A stretch of DNA of 63,600 nt, counting the filler, from Gonapodya sp. JEL0774 (lineage: Eukaryota): the NCBI GenBank assembly GCA_027604505.1. It is 13 parts of 13 records of this genome, joined end to end, with 100 filler letters (N's around TTAATTAATTAA, not from the genome) between each part and the next. Parts side by side here need not be neighbours in the genome. Positions count along the whole stretch, not along the records: positions 9,834 to 14,647 come from JADIIX010000849.1; positions 14,748 to 19,556 come from JADIIX010000850.1; positions 19,657 to 24,465 come from JADIIX010000851.1; 10 more parts are not named here. One strand, given 5' to 3'. The translations under genes and the position numbers were made by a program. The notes under the pieces are model-generated. The model was not told the origin of the DNA, ran no database searches, and worked only from the letters and a program-made list of their open reading frames with translations. The first letter of the stretch is position 1; every line of letters starts with the position of its first letter. Below are positions 12,425-24,565 of this stretch, one piece after another.

Positions 12425-14647
12425 TTACTGATGCGAACGGGACCGGCTAGAGTAATTGGCGAGGAGAGTGGAAGATGAAACGGGAACTTGAGGCCTGAAG
12501 GAGACTACGGATTCTTCAGCCAAGCTTTGCTGTCCAGGCTCTGTGTCTAAGGTGGACAATTATCGCCAAAACGGCTGAGGTGCAATAATGAACGACAATA
12601 AAATTCCGTATACTCCATCTTGTAATCTCTGAGATGGGTTCCACCATCTGCGGTCCTGAAGTAGGAACTGCTGCATAGATTTATAATATGTCCAGTCACC
12701 CAGCTGGATCGTCCATCTGTCAAACCCGCCCAAGCTCCAAGCCATGCAATCTCCAGTGTTAAATTGACATTTGCACGCTAAACTTGAACATTTACGCTAT
12801 GACACTGATTGACGACAACACCAGCAATGTCCATCATTCACGAATCACCACCCCATTTCGAACTTTCACAGGCTTCTGGGCACTGCAATTGTGAAGTATA
12901 GACGGTCGAGATAGCGGTATCCGGAGCGATTCTCTCAAAAAATGTGCTCTTGCCTTGAAAAAGGTACAACTCGGACCCTGCATCGAGAGGGTGCGGCGCG
13001 GAAAATCTCGCCGAGGAACGCCTCAAGTGTGGCAAGTGCGTTTTGCGAGCGGACAGAGTACTCGATGTGGAGCTCCAATAGGTTTGGGAAGAGATGATGG
13101 ATGACCGAGGCAAACTCCGATGCCATGTTTAATTCACGACCCAAAAGTGCTGCAACCTCAAGCGCTATTGAATTCAAAAAGACGTGTAGAACTTCCAGAC
13201 TCGGGAAGTTTATGTCCGGGGTCACTTGCTGGGAACTGTGTAGAACAGGGTACATTGATATACTGCGTAGATTGTGCAGGTTTGGGTATGTTGCCAAAAG
13301 CTCGAGCAGGTCAAGGTCGCGACTAAAAGCACGGTTCAAAGAAGTGATTGATGCGCGACGGGCGGCAAATGCAGGGGATTCCATGTCACACCATGACATG
13401 AGTTTGGTGTTCTTGGGGTAGAACGCACTACATCGGACGTCGCTCGCGTGGGGGAACACTTGAAGAAGGGAGGGAAGGTTACGGTGCCACTTTGCGTCCG
13501 TGTTATTGTCGGCTGTAAGGCGCTCCACTGAATCTGCCATCACGTCTGGGCCTAGTTCAGACAGAGCGTCCAAGCTAGCACCATGCAGTGCAAATGCCCG
13601 AACTTGCGTCTTCCCTGCAAAGCGTATGAGGGACTCGAGAGCGGCCTGTCCTTCCTTTCTCATCAGAGCGTCCTCTCCATCGAAACTGGCCACGTCAGGC
13701 TCCAAGTGGAACCGTACCTCGTTCACTACGACCTTCAGCAGGTCCTGCCGTGGCAGCTTTGCCCCAGATTTCAAACTTGCGATGCAAATCAGATCCACCA
13801 GTAGGGCATCGAAATGTTCCAGCGGGGTTTCTGCGGCTCTAGAATGTGTCACGGTGACCGAGGTCTTCAACGCCGTCCACACAAATTTGCCCTGGTACTC
13901 AACACATTCAAAGCCACTCTGGTTATGATATGATTGGCAAGACACATCCTGTGAATCCCACTTCTGCGCGTAAACATGGCACTTTATCCAAACTGTCCCC
14001 GATGGACATCCAGGAATCGCGTCGAAAGATGCTTCACGGAAACGACGGCATATCTGCGAAATCACTCCATAGAAAGTCCGAGTTGGAAGAAACCGGAAGA
14101 TTCTCTGCAAGATTTCCACCGGGAGAGTGTCCGTGAGATTGGGATTGCCCCGAAAATAAGGGTTGGTCGGGAGATCCATTTACTCAAGCGGACGAGACTG
14201 GCTAGGGTAATTAGGGAGGAGAAAGAAAGACAAGACGGGATCTCGGGACTAGAGCGAGATTGCGGATTCTTCGGAAAAGCCAAATCGGAAAATGACCAGG
14301 CAACGGTGATGACTTCACGTCAATGTGGTTACAGAATTGCGAGCGAGAATAAATTTGCGCACACTCCCATCTTTTAATCCCTGAGCTGGGTTCCATAATC
14401 TGCGGTACTGACGTTCTAAGAAGTATATGTCCAGTCGCCTTAGCTGGATCGTCAATCTGTCAAAACCCATTCAAGCTCCATGCCATGCAATCGCCAGTGT
14501 TAAACTAATGTTCGAATACTAACTTAGACAGTGACGCTATGACCCCGGTTGACGACTACATTAGCAACGCCCATCATTCAAGGACCACCGCTCCATTTCG
14601 CACTTTCACAGGCTTCTCGGCACTCCAATTGCGAAGTATAGACGGCC
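12422..14647. repeat. Tandem duplication unit (~1755 bp) of the F-box array including promoter and intergenic DNA
   Basis: 12422-12531 resembles 14177-14280 and 9849-9960; 12636-12906 resembles 14385-14647. The latter implies a fourth unit beyond the contig end. Confidence 0.9.
12935..14179 (-). CDS. Intronless F-box protein with LRR-like C-terminal region (paralog 1)
   Basis: F-box LTDTLPVEILQRIFRFLPTRTFYGVISQICRRFR; LRR-like segments YPNLHNL, FPSLEVLHV, FPNLLELHI. Confidence 0.85.
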   Translation of the reverse strand: MDLPTNPYFRGNPNLTDTLPVEILQRIFRFLPTRTFYGVISQICRRFREASFDAIPGCPSGTVWIKCHVYAQKWDSQDVSCQSYHNQSGFECVEYQGKFVWTALKTSVTVTHSRAAETPLEHFDALLVDLICIASLKSGAKLPRQDLLKVVVNEVRFHLEPDVASFDGEDALMRKEGQAALESLIRFAGKTQVRAFALHGASLDALSELGPDVMADSVERLTADNNTDAKWHRNLPSLLQVFPHASDVRCSAFYPKNTKLMSWCDMESPAFAARRASITSLNRAFSRDLDLLELLATYPNLHNLRSISMYPVLHSSQQVTPDINFPSLEVLHVFLNSIALEVAALLGRELNMASEFASVIHHLFPNLLELHIEYSVRSQNALATLEAFLGEIFRAAPSRCRVRVVPFSRQEHIF

Positions 14648-14747
14648 NNNNNNNNNNNNNNNNNNNNNNNNNNNNNNNNNNNNNNNNNNNNTTAATTAAT
14701 TAANNNNNNNNNNNNNNNNNNNNNNNNNNNNNNNNNNNNNNNNNNNN

Positions 14748-15991
14748 GCGCCGGTCTCCATCGTTGCGAAAGAGTACTCGGCGTGCGCTATGCGTACCGA
14801 AGCCAGTAACGTTGGTGCCAACATGGATTCGACGATAGCGGGTACATTATCCACAGGTGTCGCGCGCAGAAAAGCCACCAACGCCGGCAGTGTGATCGCA
14901 GGAGACGGTAAATCAGGGATGGGATCCGGTGGAGATGGATAGTGGCGTTTGATGAGCGTGCGGTGGAAACGTGCGAGACGAGGGGAAGCGATGTACTACA
15001 GTCAGGGAAGATGAATTAGAGGACAAAGAAGGCAAAAAGCATTCACATAGCACTGAAGGGCTCCAACGGATCGAGTTGAACTTGGCGAGTTCACTTTGCT
15101 GATTCCCCTACGCTGCATCATGGGGTTCGGGAAGCAAAGGCGCTGTGAAACTCACATCATTTCCTGCCAAGGTCGCGAGCCATGCAATCTGCTGCCCGGT
15201 CAGCCCAAGCACTTCCTCCTTTTTCTCCCTCTCCACCACCGTGGTCTTGGAGACGGCGTAATCGAGTTTCTCGATTGACAGAACTCGAGCAACATCCCAC
15301 ACACAAAAGTCAGAGTCGTCCGCAAGTACAGCAAAGGATCGATTGGAAATGGCGTAGTGGGCGAGCTCTCGGTCACACTCGCCGAAGGAGAGAAGGACCT
15401 TGAGGATGGGCAGTGCGAACACCACTTCCATAGTAGAGCATTGAACGTCACTTCAGTGCAAGTAGAAGGCGAGCTCACCTTACACCCGAGGGCAGAAAAT
15501 GCATCCGCGATTACACGAGTCGAGCTCATAGGCGCCATGAAATTCTTCCTTGGTAGCGTCACTGCCTTCCCAACTTTCACTGCATTGTCCAGCGCGTTCA
15601 CGATTTTCACCACCCGTTTCTGCTCGGCAAGCCTTCTCAAGATCCATGTCTTTCTCTTGGCCTCTGAGATCTTCCCGTCGAAGAAAACCGTCAATCGGAA
15701 CCCGTGCTTGGTGAAGGACTTCACAAAAGCCGTAACTTGGGACTTGTACAGGTACTCCCACTGGCCACCACGGATCCAGTCCATATTCATGGAGGAGTAA
15801 AGTCGTCGGATCAGGGCTGGGCCATCGACCACGATCTCCAAAAGTTCTGCGGGAAGCTGTGTTTTGGGCGAAACTCCTCCTTTCGCATTCGAGGACGCGT
15901 TGGCGAACGCGGTCTTTGCGAGCTGGGCAAGATTCACATGCCGAGGAATTTTCAGAGAGTCCAAGAAGATTCGGAGACCTGGAACCCCCAT
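14748..15991 (-). CDS. FAM120/asteroid-like XPG-type PIN domain protein, 3' partial
   Basis: MGVPGL..IVVDGPAL..DWIRGGQW..LTVFFDG..KRKTWILRR / GECDRELAHYA..AVLADDSDFCVWD..LATLAGND. Confidence 0.8.
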
Positions 15992-16210
15992 TGGCTGTGA
16001 AGGTAAAGGTGGAGAGCGAATCAGACAGCCTTGGGCAAGGGAAGGAGCAGCTCACTCAACGCACTACACAGCCCCACTGCTGGAACAGAAACGCTCTGCA
16101 CCGTCAAAAGTATTATTACTAACAAGAATAAATCAAGTATTTGGAGTATGTACTGCAAGAGCTACAACCAAAGAACGCCATGAATCCCACATTAGAAATT
16201 TACAAAACCT

Positions 16211-17985
16211 TCACTTCCTCGCCAACCACTCCATCACTTTCGCCGTGACAATCCCTCCCGCAAACATCGCAGGCACCGCCACCATCGACACCGTGTTTAA
16301 CAGCCCGAAACCCGATATCCCGTGCCCGCTGGTGCACCCTTTGGCCATCCGTGCACCAAAGAACAGGGCAAAGCCGCCCAAGATCGCCTGGGCAGCTCCA
16401 CCGGCGGAAAGAAACACGTGCCCTAGGGTGTGGGCGACGGGTTTGTCCGCTACTGTGCGGGCGATCCCGGGACCTGTCAAGCCCGCAGCGGTACCTGTGG
16501 TGCCGGACAAGGATCCTGCGACAGCTGATCCGATCACCATCGCGAGCAGCTGTAAGATGTGCAAGTACGCTTTCTTGGAAGGAAATGTTGTAGATCCTAG
16601 CTCAGACTTGGCGTCGATCAGGCCGAGTTTGACGAGTGGTGCAGATAGTGGGCTCAGAAGAGCTACAAAGGCAGAGCTGGAAGGGGCAAGGTGCAAATGA
16701 AGACAAGCTGAGCTTGATACATCTTGTTGTGTATTCTTTTAGCCACTCACCTCGTGCCGAGCGGTTGATTTGCAAAGTACATCGATGGCACTTGCAGAAG
16801 CCCGATGAGCGCACCAGCAGCCCACCCTGTCCACGCTACAACACCACATTTGTCAGAGAAGCAATATCGTTCAATATTGTCTGCTGGCGCAGCAATGCGT
16901 AAAACGAACCTTTCGCGATCAGAGATTCCCAAACCGACACGGACACCAGTGGGACAACCGCACTTCCGTACCCGTGGGAGGTTGGCGCGTACTTTTCCAA
17001 GAACACAACCACGAGAGACATGACCACGGCGCTCGTGATCGCCAGGGTGGGATACGGTGTGGAAAGCTATGTTCAGAGAAAGGTGGAAATATGATTATAC
17101 TTTGTGCGTTTCACTTCGTGATCAACCAAGCCAACAGATCCACGCACGTGATGCTCCAATCCAAGCTTTTCTGCAACACAAAGCTTGTAAAAGCCCCTCT
17201 GCAACACCGGATCCAACACTGTGACCGCCGCGATCCCTACCGCGCCTCCGAGAAGCACGAGATACGATCCAGGGACTTGGGCTCCCAGTTGCGCGTAGAC
17301 AGTCCCTAAGAATCATCATGGAGCAGTTGCTTGTCACGAAAAACGTACGAAGATGCATACGGGAACGGTATGTCTGTTTCGCTCACCAGGACACGCCCCA
17401 GCCAGTGCGAACCCGCTGCCCAACACAGCGCTTCCCACGGCGACTGCCACCACACCCCTGGCACCCCGATCCTTTTGGTACGCCTTTCTCACCGCCCTAA
17501 ATTTCGTCCCGTCAGCCAACGTTACGTCCGCCAGTTCAGCGACGGCGAACACGACCTGGGAGGTAGCCACCGCGGCGAGGAACATTGTGGCCATAGTGAA
17601 GTCGGTGAGGAGCATTTGGGATTGGATGAGGTGAGGTTCGTAGACCTGCGTGGGTGTGCGTGGGTATTGATAGACATTCGAATTGAAAGGGTGCGTGATA
17701 GTGGTCAGCCAGATCATCGGATCCCAACCGAGATTCGTCGAGACCTACCCTCCCCTTTTGCAAAACACCTCCAAACACGAGTCCCGAACCACCGTACCCT
17801 ACAACCTCCCGCAAAATTCCGAGTTCCTTCGACTCCTCCGGCGCCCCGGACTTGCTCGTGTCGTCGAGCCGCTCAGCCGACAGGGCCATCCCTTCCGGGG
17901 TTTCATCGGCCGGAAGATGAACCTGCCGGCCAAGGCCGACCACGCCCAACTTGACCCCGTTCGTGGTACGTGATGGAATAACCAT
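16211..17985 (-). CDS. YeeE/YedE (TsuA-like) sulfur/thiosulfate transporter, two-repeat single gene, multi-exon (possible extra first exon MAPS at 18116)
   Basis: GLVFGGVLQKGRVYEPHLIQSQM..GFALAGACPGTVYAQLG (repeat 1) and QPLGTSSAF..FFGARMAKGCTSGHGISG (repeat 2). Confidence 0.88.
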
Positions 17986-18822
17986 GATCGATAGTGTCAA
18001 ACAAAACTAGAGAGAGCGCAAAAGTTCCTTTATGACACGACGCGCTGACTGGATCAGGAGGTCCGAGCCGGGGTGACTAAGCATTAGAGTTGGGGATGCA
18101 GTACCGATGGCGCCATTTTTGTGTCGGCTGAGTGCGACAGAAAGAACAAACGAGACGGCGGGTGCAGACAACGACGGTATCGATTGAGAAAAAAGTGCAT
18201 CCAGCTTACTACAGATGTGGGTGCGTGATTTGCGCAGTCAGTTATTTCTGTTCGCACTCGGGCGGTGTCGCCACTCGAGGGTAATACCACGAGTGAAGGT
18301 CGGCGAGGGCGGGTTTCGTCACCAAGAAATTGGAGATTATTGTGGAAAGTTGGATCGGATGAAATCCAAGTTCGCCCTCTCTGGTGGTTCTTTGACCACA
18401 CATACAATGGAAGCGCGACTGTTGGTCGTGGTAATCGCAAGAAAAATTATGCGTTGGGCATTTCACAAAGTTAGAAAAACGCGACGAAGTCTGATTATAG
18501 ACGGATCACGTATACTGTTGACTATAACTAATTATGTTCCAGGAATACAGACTGATATTTTACCACCGAATGACAAACACACAGGAAGATCAAAACTCTG
18601 CCATGCCATGACCAAGCGCCATTCCAAGAAACAAAATAAGACAAAAATGAAAGACGGGAAGAAGAAATCACAGACTGCTCTCATGGTCCGATCTCCATCT
18701 CCCCACCCCACCATAACCCCACGCGCCCCACCTACGCACCACCATGCCCGTCCCTCACACGCCCCCTCGCCCCCTCCATCGTACACTCCGGAACACACCT
18801 TCGCTGTCCCGTCCAGGTTCTT

Positions 18823-19556
18823 TCATGCCGCTAGTCTCCCCGTGTCGGTCGCTCCACTGCTGCCGTGTCCGTGCACCGTACGCCGGTGGTCGGTGAGACC
18901 GGTTTGGGTGGTGAAGGAGCGGGCGCAGGTGCTGACAGGGCAGGGGAGGCGGTGGACGGTGGTGACAACGGGTGGAGAAGGTATGGGTGTGGGAGAGTGG
19001 TCGTGGTAATCCCGTCTGTGGGCCATCAGGGCGTCCATTGTCGTGAAAGAGCGGCTACAGGGGCCGACCCCACAGACAAGACTTTGGGCGCTAGCGACAT
19101 GAAGAGGTTCGATGGCGGTATGATAGTCTCGTCGGTGGGCCATCAACGCGTCGGTTGTCGCGAACAATCGGGCACATCCGTGAATTTCACAAAGAATTGG
19201 TGGTGGGGTGGTGGGGTGGGGGCTTCCGGATGTCGGAATGTGTGGCACGGGTTGAGAAGGAGCGGGTGGCCTAGGAGGAGACACAGGATGGGGACGAGTG
19301 GGTGAGGGGGTGACTGGCACCGGTTGAGGGAGAAGAGGTGGTCTAGGAGGAGAGAGGCACCGCGAAGCATTGGCATTACTGAGGTCAAGGATCGAGAGCC
19401 CAACAGGTGCGAGACCCACCTCCTCTCCAATCGCTCATACTCCATCGTAAACCAGAGCCCAAATTCCTCCTTGGTACGAATGTGGAAATTTCGCAGTCCG
19501 GAAAGGAGATTCCGCGCCGTGTCTTGCCAGTTCTGGAAGGTGCCTTGGTCTCTGAA
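18823..19556 (-). CDS. Protein with three C-terminal C2H2 zinc fingers, 5' partial
   Basis: CEIHGCARLF..HRRDYH, CGVGPCSRSF..HRRDYH, CPVSTCARSF..HRRTVH. An in-frame intron links these to upstream exon ..FTMEYERLER. Confidence 0.85.
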
Positions 19557-19656
19557 NNNNNNNNNNNNNNNNNNNNNNNNNNNNNNNNNNNNNNNNNNNN
19601 TTAATTAATTAANNNNNNNNNNNNNNNNNNNNNNNNNNNNNNNNNNNNNNNNNNNN

Positions 19657-20210
19657 GTTGGCAGTTGCCGTGGCTCGTGTGCTGATCAAGAGTGGACGGA
19701 GTGCAGAGATTAACTTGGAATCTCTGGACAGAATTCCACCGCCACTGGCCAGTTCAGCAATTGATTCACTCACTTTGCACTACCAAGAATGGATACCTTG
19801 TCCTGGACCGACTCAGGAATAGTGTTGCCTCGCCTCGAGAAAGATGCGGCCTGATTGGAATATCTCGTTTGATGGTAGGGTCTGAGGAGGAACCGATTTA
19901 CTGTAGACAAAGAAACACGTCTGTAGTAGATGAAGGGTAAATTCGTGTCGTCATCCCAGTCGCTGCATGCCACGTAGATGTGGCCGGGAAGTGCATCTGG
20001 TGGCGGTGATGTAATCACTTCGGGGGGGCAGAGAGTCTTGGTCGAAGACTCTATAGAAAGGAGAGAGGAGAAATCAGACTGCACCGCATTGATCTGAGTA
20101 TGGATGGCGGCCCAGTTTGTACCTGCTTCTATGCCACGGCCAGGGAAATGTGCATCCACCTTTTGTAGGTCATTGGGAAGAACGACTGGAACAGGATCAG
20201 AGTAGGACAT
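19657..20210 (-). CDS. Hypothetical protein, 5' part only
   Basis: ORF MSYSDPVPVVLPND..HIYVACSDWDDD with plausible introns, running to the contig end; no family recognised. Confidence 0.45.
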
Positions 20211-20649
20211 CAAAGATGATAGGAATCGAAGATGATGATGGAAGTTTGATGAGAAGTGTGCGTTTGTAAATGTGGTGGTCGATGATCGACAGCTCCTTGG
20301 GGCTTCGCAGACGAGTCACGTGCTTCACCTGCAGTCCACACCCCCACTATAAGTGCAAGCGTTTCTCGTCCCATTTGGAGCTGGAACCAGCGAGAAAGAT
20401 ATTACAGAGCCAACGCTGCAAGGAATTGGACGTGCGACTCCACGAGCTGTGTGCTCGTTTCGTTTTCCTGGTTGTTCCAACCGTGAACACGATAAAGAGG
20501 AGCATGAAGGACGACACATTCAATTGACCGCAACTCCAATAGATTGAGCATTTTCAGCGCTACAGTACACGTGATATGTACATGAAATCTCTGAAACAAA
20601 ACGTCGCATGCGACGTGCCAATGCACCTCCCAAACCTCGACCCACTTAT

Positions 20650-22800
20650 CAAACACCCCTCCCATCCCGTGTAACTCTGGTTCTTCTCCACCTCAGGCCA
20701 TTTGTGAACATCATCATCTTTGCTCTCTACAACTCTGGCTCCTTCTTGGCCTTGATGGCCATTGCCGGGGACACTTCGATCCAGTTCCAGCTTCTCGTCG
20801 TAGAGACCGCCAGCGAGGGGTTCCCCCGCCACGGCGGGGATGCCGAGGAACCATATAGGGCCGAGAAGGCGAGGGGAATATGGGAGGGGTGATGTGTGGG
20901 GGAGGTGGGAAGTATGTGAAGGTCCTAGAAGGAGAAAGTGTACATACTCGAGATACCCTCGGCAAGGTCGAACCCAAGGACTTGCGCGCAGGTACGCGTA
21001 CGCACCAAAGTAAATGTAAATCAAACACATTTCACCCAATCCACCGTGCTTGCGCTGCTGATCAACACGACTGCACCAGCACACCCGCCCCGCCGAACCC
21101 ACCACGACTGACATATTCACCCCCGCACTTCCCGTAACCAGTCGAGACCAGATCCTTTGGCAGTGCCAGCGCCTCGATGGAGATGGAGTCGGCATTGTTT
21201 CGATGAACTGGGCAGCCAGGTCGGGCTAGAGGTGCCATTCGATGTGGCAGCGGAACTTGGAGGGGTGAAGGGCGACGGTAGGGTGAACTGGAACTGTGAG
21301 TGAGGACAGGTCGGCACACCAATCGCAACCCCCGAGCCCTCTCCGTTCATGACATTTGGCAAACCTACAACCAGCGCCCCCGGATGATCCGCCCTCAATC
21401 TTATCGTCCTTGACCCCCCTGCCACTGCGTCACCATAATCGTATCCCTCCTCATGGGGTCTGCCATAGCTCATGCCTTCTTTGACGGCACCATGACGGCG
21501 TCCGAGGTCACGTCCATGGTGGTGCTTACAATTTGGAGCTTGGACCAATAAAGGTGGAAAGGGGGGTAGCCGACGTCCATGTTGACAACGAATGTGGGGG
21601 GTATGGGACGAATGGTGAGCAAAACGCTTACCTGCAAAAGTCCTACCTACATGAAGGCGCACACCCCGCACAACACACATCTCAGCATTCTGTCTCAACT
21701 CGAGCACATACTATTCATATGCCCGTACACCCTAGTATCCCCGGCAGGCGAGTTCCCCATTGAACTTGCCGCCCACAGTGTCGGGGTGATCGGCGTCACT
21801 TTGTAAGTCGCGTTGTTAAAGAACGCCCGGTTGGTGCCGTCGTCAGCGTGACCAACGTGTCGGCAGGGGCTTCGGGTCCAGCGTCGAGGGTGATCAGGTC
21901 AGCGTCAGGGAACGTGAGGTACTCGTTGGCTGTGGTGCCGTCGGCGGTGGGGAAGGAGGGAGGGCGAGAGGTAGAGACGAGTGAATAAAGGGAACCACAG
22001 AGAGAAAGAGAAAGGAAAACATACTCACGTGCATCGTCAATAAAACACCAGTCAAGTGCCGTGAAAGTATTCTGGGAGAGGGTAGCGTGAGGGTGATGCT
22101 GGTAGGTCGGCGCCAGGATGCTGAAAGTGGGGAGGGCGGAGGAGGGGATGATGGCAACGCTGAGCGGCTCCAGGACGACTCCAGCTGGGTTGGGGCTTGC
22201 TCGCTGTGATTGTGCCTGATCCGGATAGGAGTACACAGTGGGAGTATTAAACACGTGCAACCCCGGGACACGCGCACGGCAATGGGTCCCGGATGTGTAG
22301 ATCGAGACCGTGCATACGGGGCTATTCATTGAGTGACGGCATTCATTGATCGCGCTCACCATCCAAGCCTTCTCCCGCCGATGGCCGGAAGAGTGGAGAA
22401 GGAGCGCGCCTGGAACAGCACGGAATTGCATTGTGACTCCCCACGATGTTCTTTTTGCGATTATTGACCTGCCAGGGCGGAAGTATGGCGTCACGGTCAC
22501 AACTACAAGTCCCGCTGCTTTGTCGGTGGATTGTGGACACGCAGGCTGGCAGGCGTCTTTCAATGCCCTCAGTTTGCACTTTTTTTGATCTTGTACAGTC
22601 AGCGCGTCCCCTGTACGTGGAAGGGGCCCTTGATATCGTTACGGGATCGCTGCTGCATTCCCAGAATCCATCGAGTCCAGATACGACAGCGGATTCCATC
22701 GGTGTACAGTCCATTTCACTCAGCCCACTGCTTTTTCTTTCGTGCATTAATATGGAGAAATTGCGGGGTGAGGAGGGGGATGATGAAGAATTATTCATGT
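20650..22800 (-). pseudogene. FET3: Decayed Fet3-like multicopper oxidase (ferroxidase/laccase)
   Basis: Fragments in shifting frames: DDGTNRAFFNNATY..PTL..VYG (~21835), a degenerate HPFHLHGH-like segment (PFHLYWSKLQIV, ~21560), PMRRDTI..RLRADHPGA, and F-R-CHIEWHL-stop (TAG at 21226-21228). Outer boundaries are approximate. Confidence 0.8.
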
Positions 22801-23156
22801 ATTCGTGATGTCGACGTCCATAAGAACGAACGGGACAATGAACATATGCACTTTGCCACTCTCTCTCATATCAAAGAATCTCCCACTCTCTTGAACACCG
22901 AGAATCCGCGAGATTATGGCCGTGCATGGAGGGTTTTTGTATTGTTAGATAAGTCATGAGAATCATCAACATTAAGAAGCGCATGGCCCAGTGCTCATTC
23001 GCTCTCATGCTCAGATCTCGGCGCGTGCGGATTGATACTTGGCAAAAAACGCCGCCCTGCGAGGTGGAGAACGAGGGCGTATAAATTGAATTTGGAGACT
23101 CGAACATCCCGATCGTCAAACCGAAACACCGTTCCACCATCTGGAACACATCAGCG

Positions 23157-24465
23157 ATGCCCGAGCAAAAGTCCAACCTGAATGTCGTCTTCGGGTGAGA
23201 ATCTCGATTGCAGCAATCCGCTCTTGCGCGACCGTGAAATCCCTATATTATGACATCCACATTCCTCCTCTATGCGGGCTCAGTTGCATGACATTCGTAT
23301 GTAGCTACATTGGTTGATTTCATTCTTCTATTGCTCCATGTTTCCCATTCCTCAACCAGGGGAAACCCGGAACTGAACCTGCTCGAGTTCACGACCCCCC
23401 AACGTGCAAAGCGATCCTGGAAGTGTTCTTGTCCCATGGTCACACTGAGATCGATTCGGCGCGAACGTATTGCGCTGGTACCTCGGAAGAGTACCTGGGC
23501 GAGATCAGCGCAGAGTTGATGGGGTGCAAAGTGCAGACAAAGCTTTATCCCACGGTGAGCAGCAGTTTTGTTTGGAAAATTGACAACAGTCTTCTGAGTC
23601 ATACCGTGCTGTTTTTTGTGTATTCCTACCAGACCGGCGCCATCGCGAAGCGGATGCAGTTGTCACCAGAGAATATCATTGACCACACCCCTGAAGGTCT
23701 CCGGAAGCACTTGAAGGCATCATTGGCTGCATTGAAAGTTAAAAAGCTTGATATGTGGTGTGTAGGATAGGATTGGTCGAAGTCGCACGTGGACGTGGGC
23801 TTGCTGACCCCGCCTGACACTCCGGATCCATGACCTTTGAGGTACCTGCACGGCCCCGACCGTACCACTCCCTACTCAGTAACTCTAAAAGCTGTGAACG
23901 ATTTACACAAAGAAGGCCTTTTCGACCGCTTCGGCATTTCTAACTACTATTCATGGGAGGTTTCGGAAATGGTTACCTTGTGCCGAACAAACGGGTGGAT
24001 ACAGCCAACGGTCTACCAGGGTCTGTACAATGTCATCAATCGCAACGTTGAAACGGAACTGTTTCCGTGCCTAAAGAAGTTTGGCATGTCGTTCTATGCT
24101 TTCAATCCGCTCGGTGGGGGTTTCTTAACGGGAAGGTATTCGAAGGAGAAGGTGGAAGAGGTGGAGAAGGGGTCAAGATTCGACCCAGCAATGAGCTTTG
24201 GTAAGCCGATCTACCTTCCGTTCTGTGTCACCTTGATTCTGTTCCAACACATGACATCCATGGTTTCCACCTTGACCGTGGTCCCAACTCCAGGCAAGAA
24301 TTACCGTGCTCGCTACTTCAACGATACAACATTCTCCGCGCTCGAGATTGCTCGGACGGCCTGCGCTTCCCACAATCTCACAATGGCTGAAGTATCGCTG
24401 CGTTGGATGAACCACCACTCGGGCATGAAGCGCGCCCAAGGGGATGCCATCATCATTGGTGCCAG
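23157..24465 (+). CDS. Aldo-keto reductase, AKR7/aflatoxin B1 aldehyde reductase type, 3' partial
   Basis: MPEQKSNLNVVFG-CMTF-GKPG..GHTEIDSARTY..TKLYP..YLHGPDR..FGISNY..PTVYQGLYN..FNPLGGGFLTG; includes a 13-nt micro-exon at 23284-23296. Confidence 0.93.
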
Positions 24466-24565
24466 NNNNNNNNNNNNNNNNNNNNNNNNNNNNNNNNNNN
24501 NNNNNNNNNTTAATTAATTAANNNNNNNNNNNNNNNNNNNNNNNNNNNNNNNNNNNNNNNNNNNN

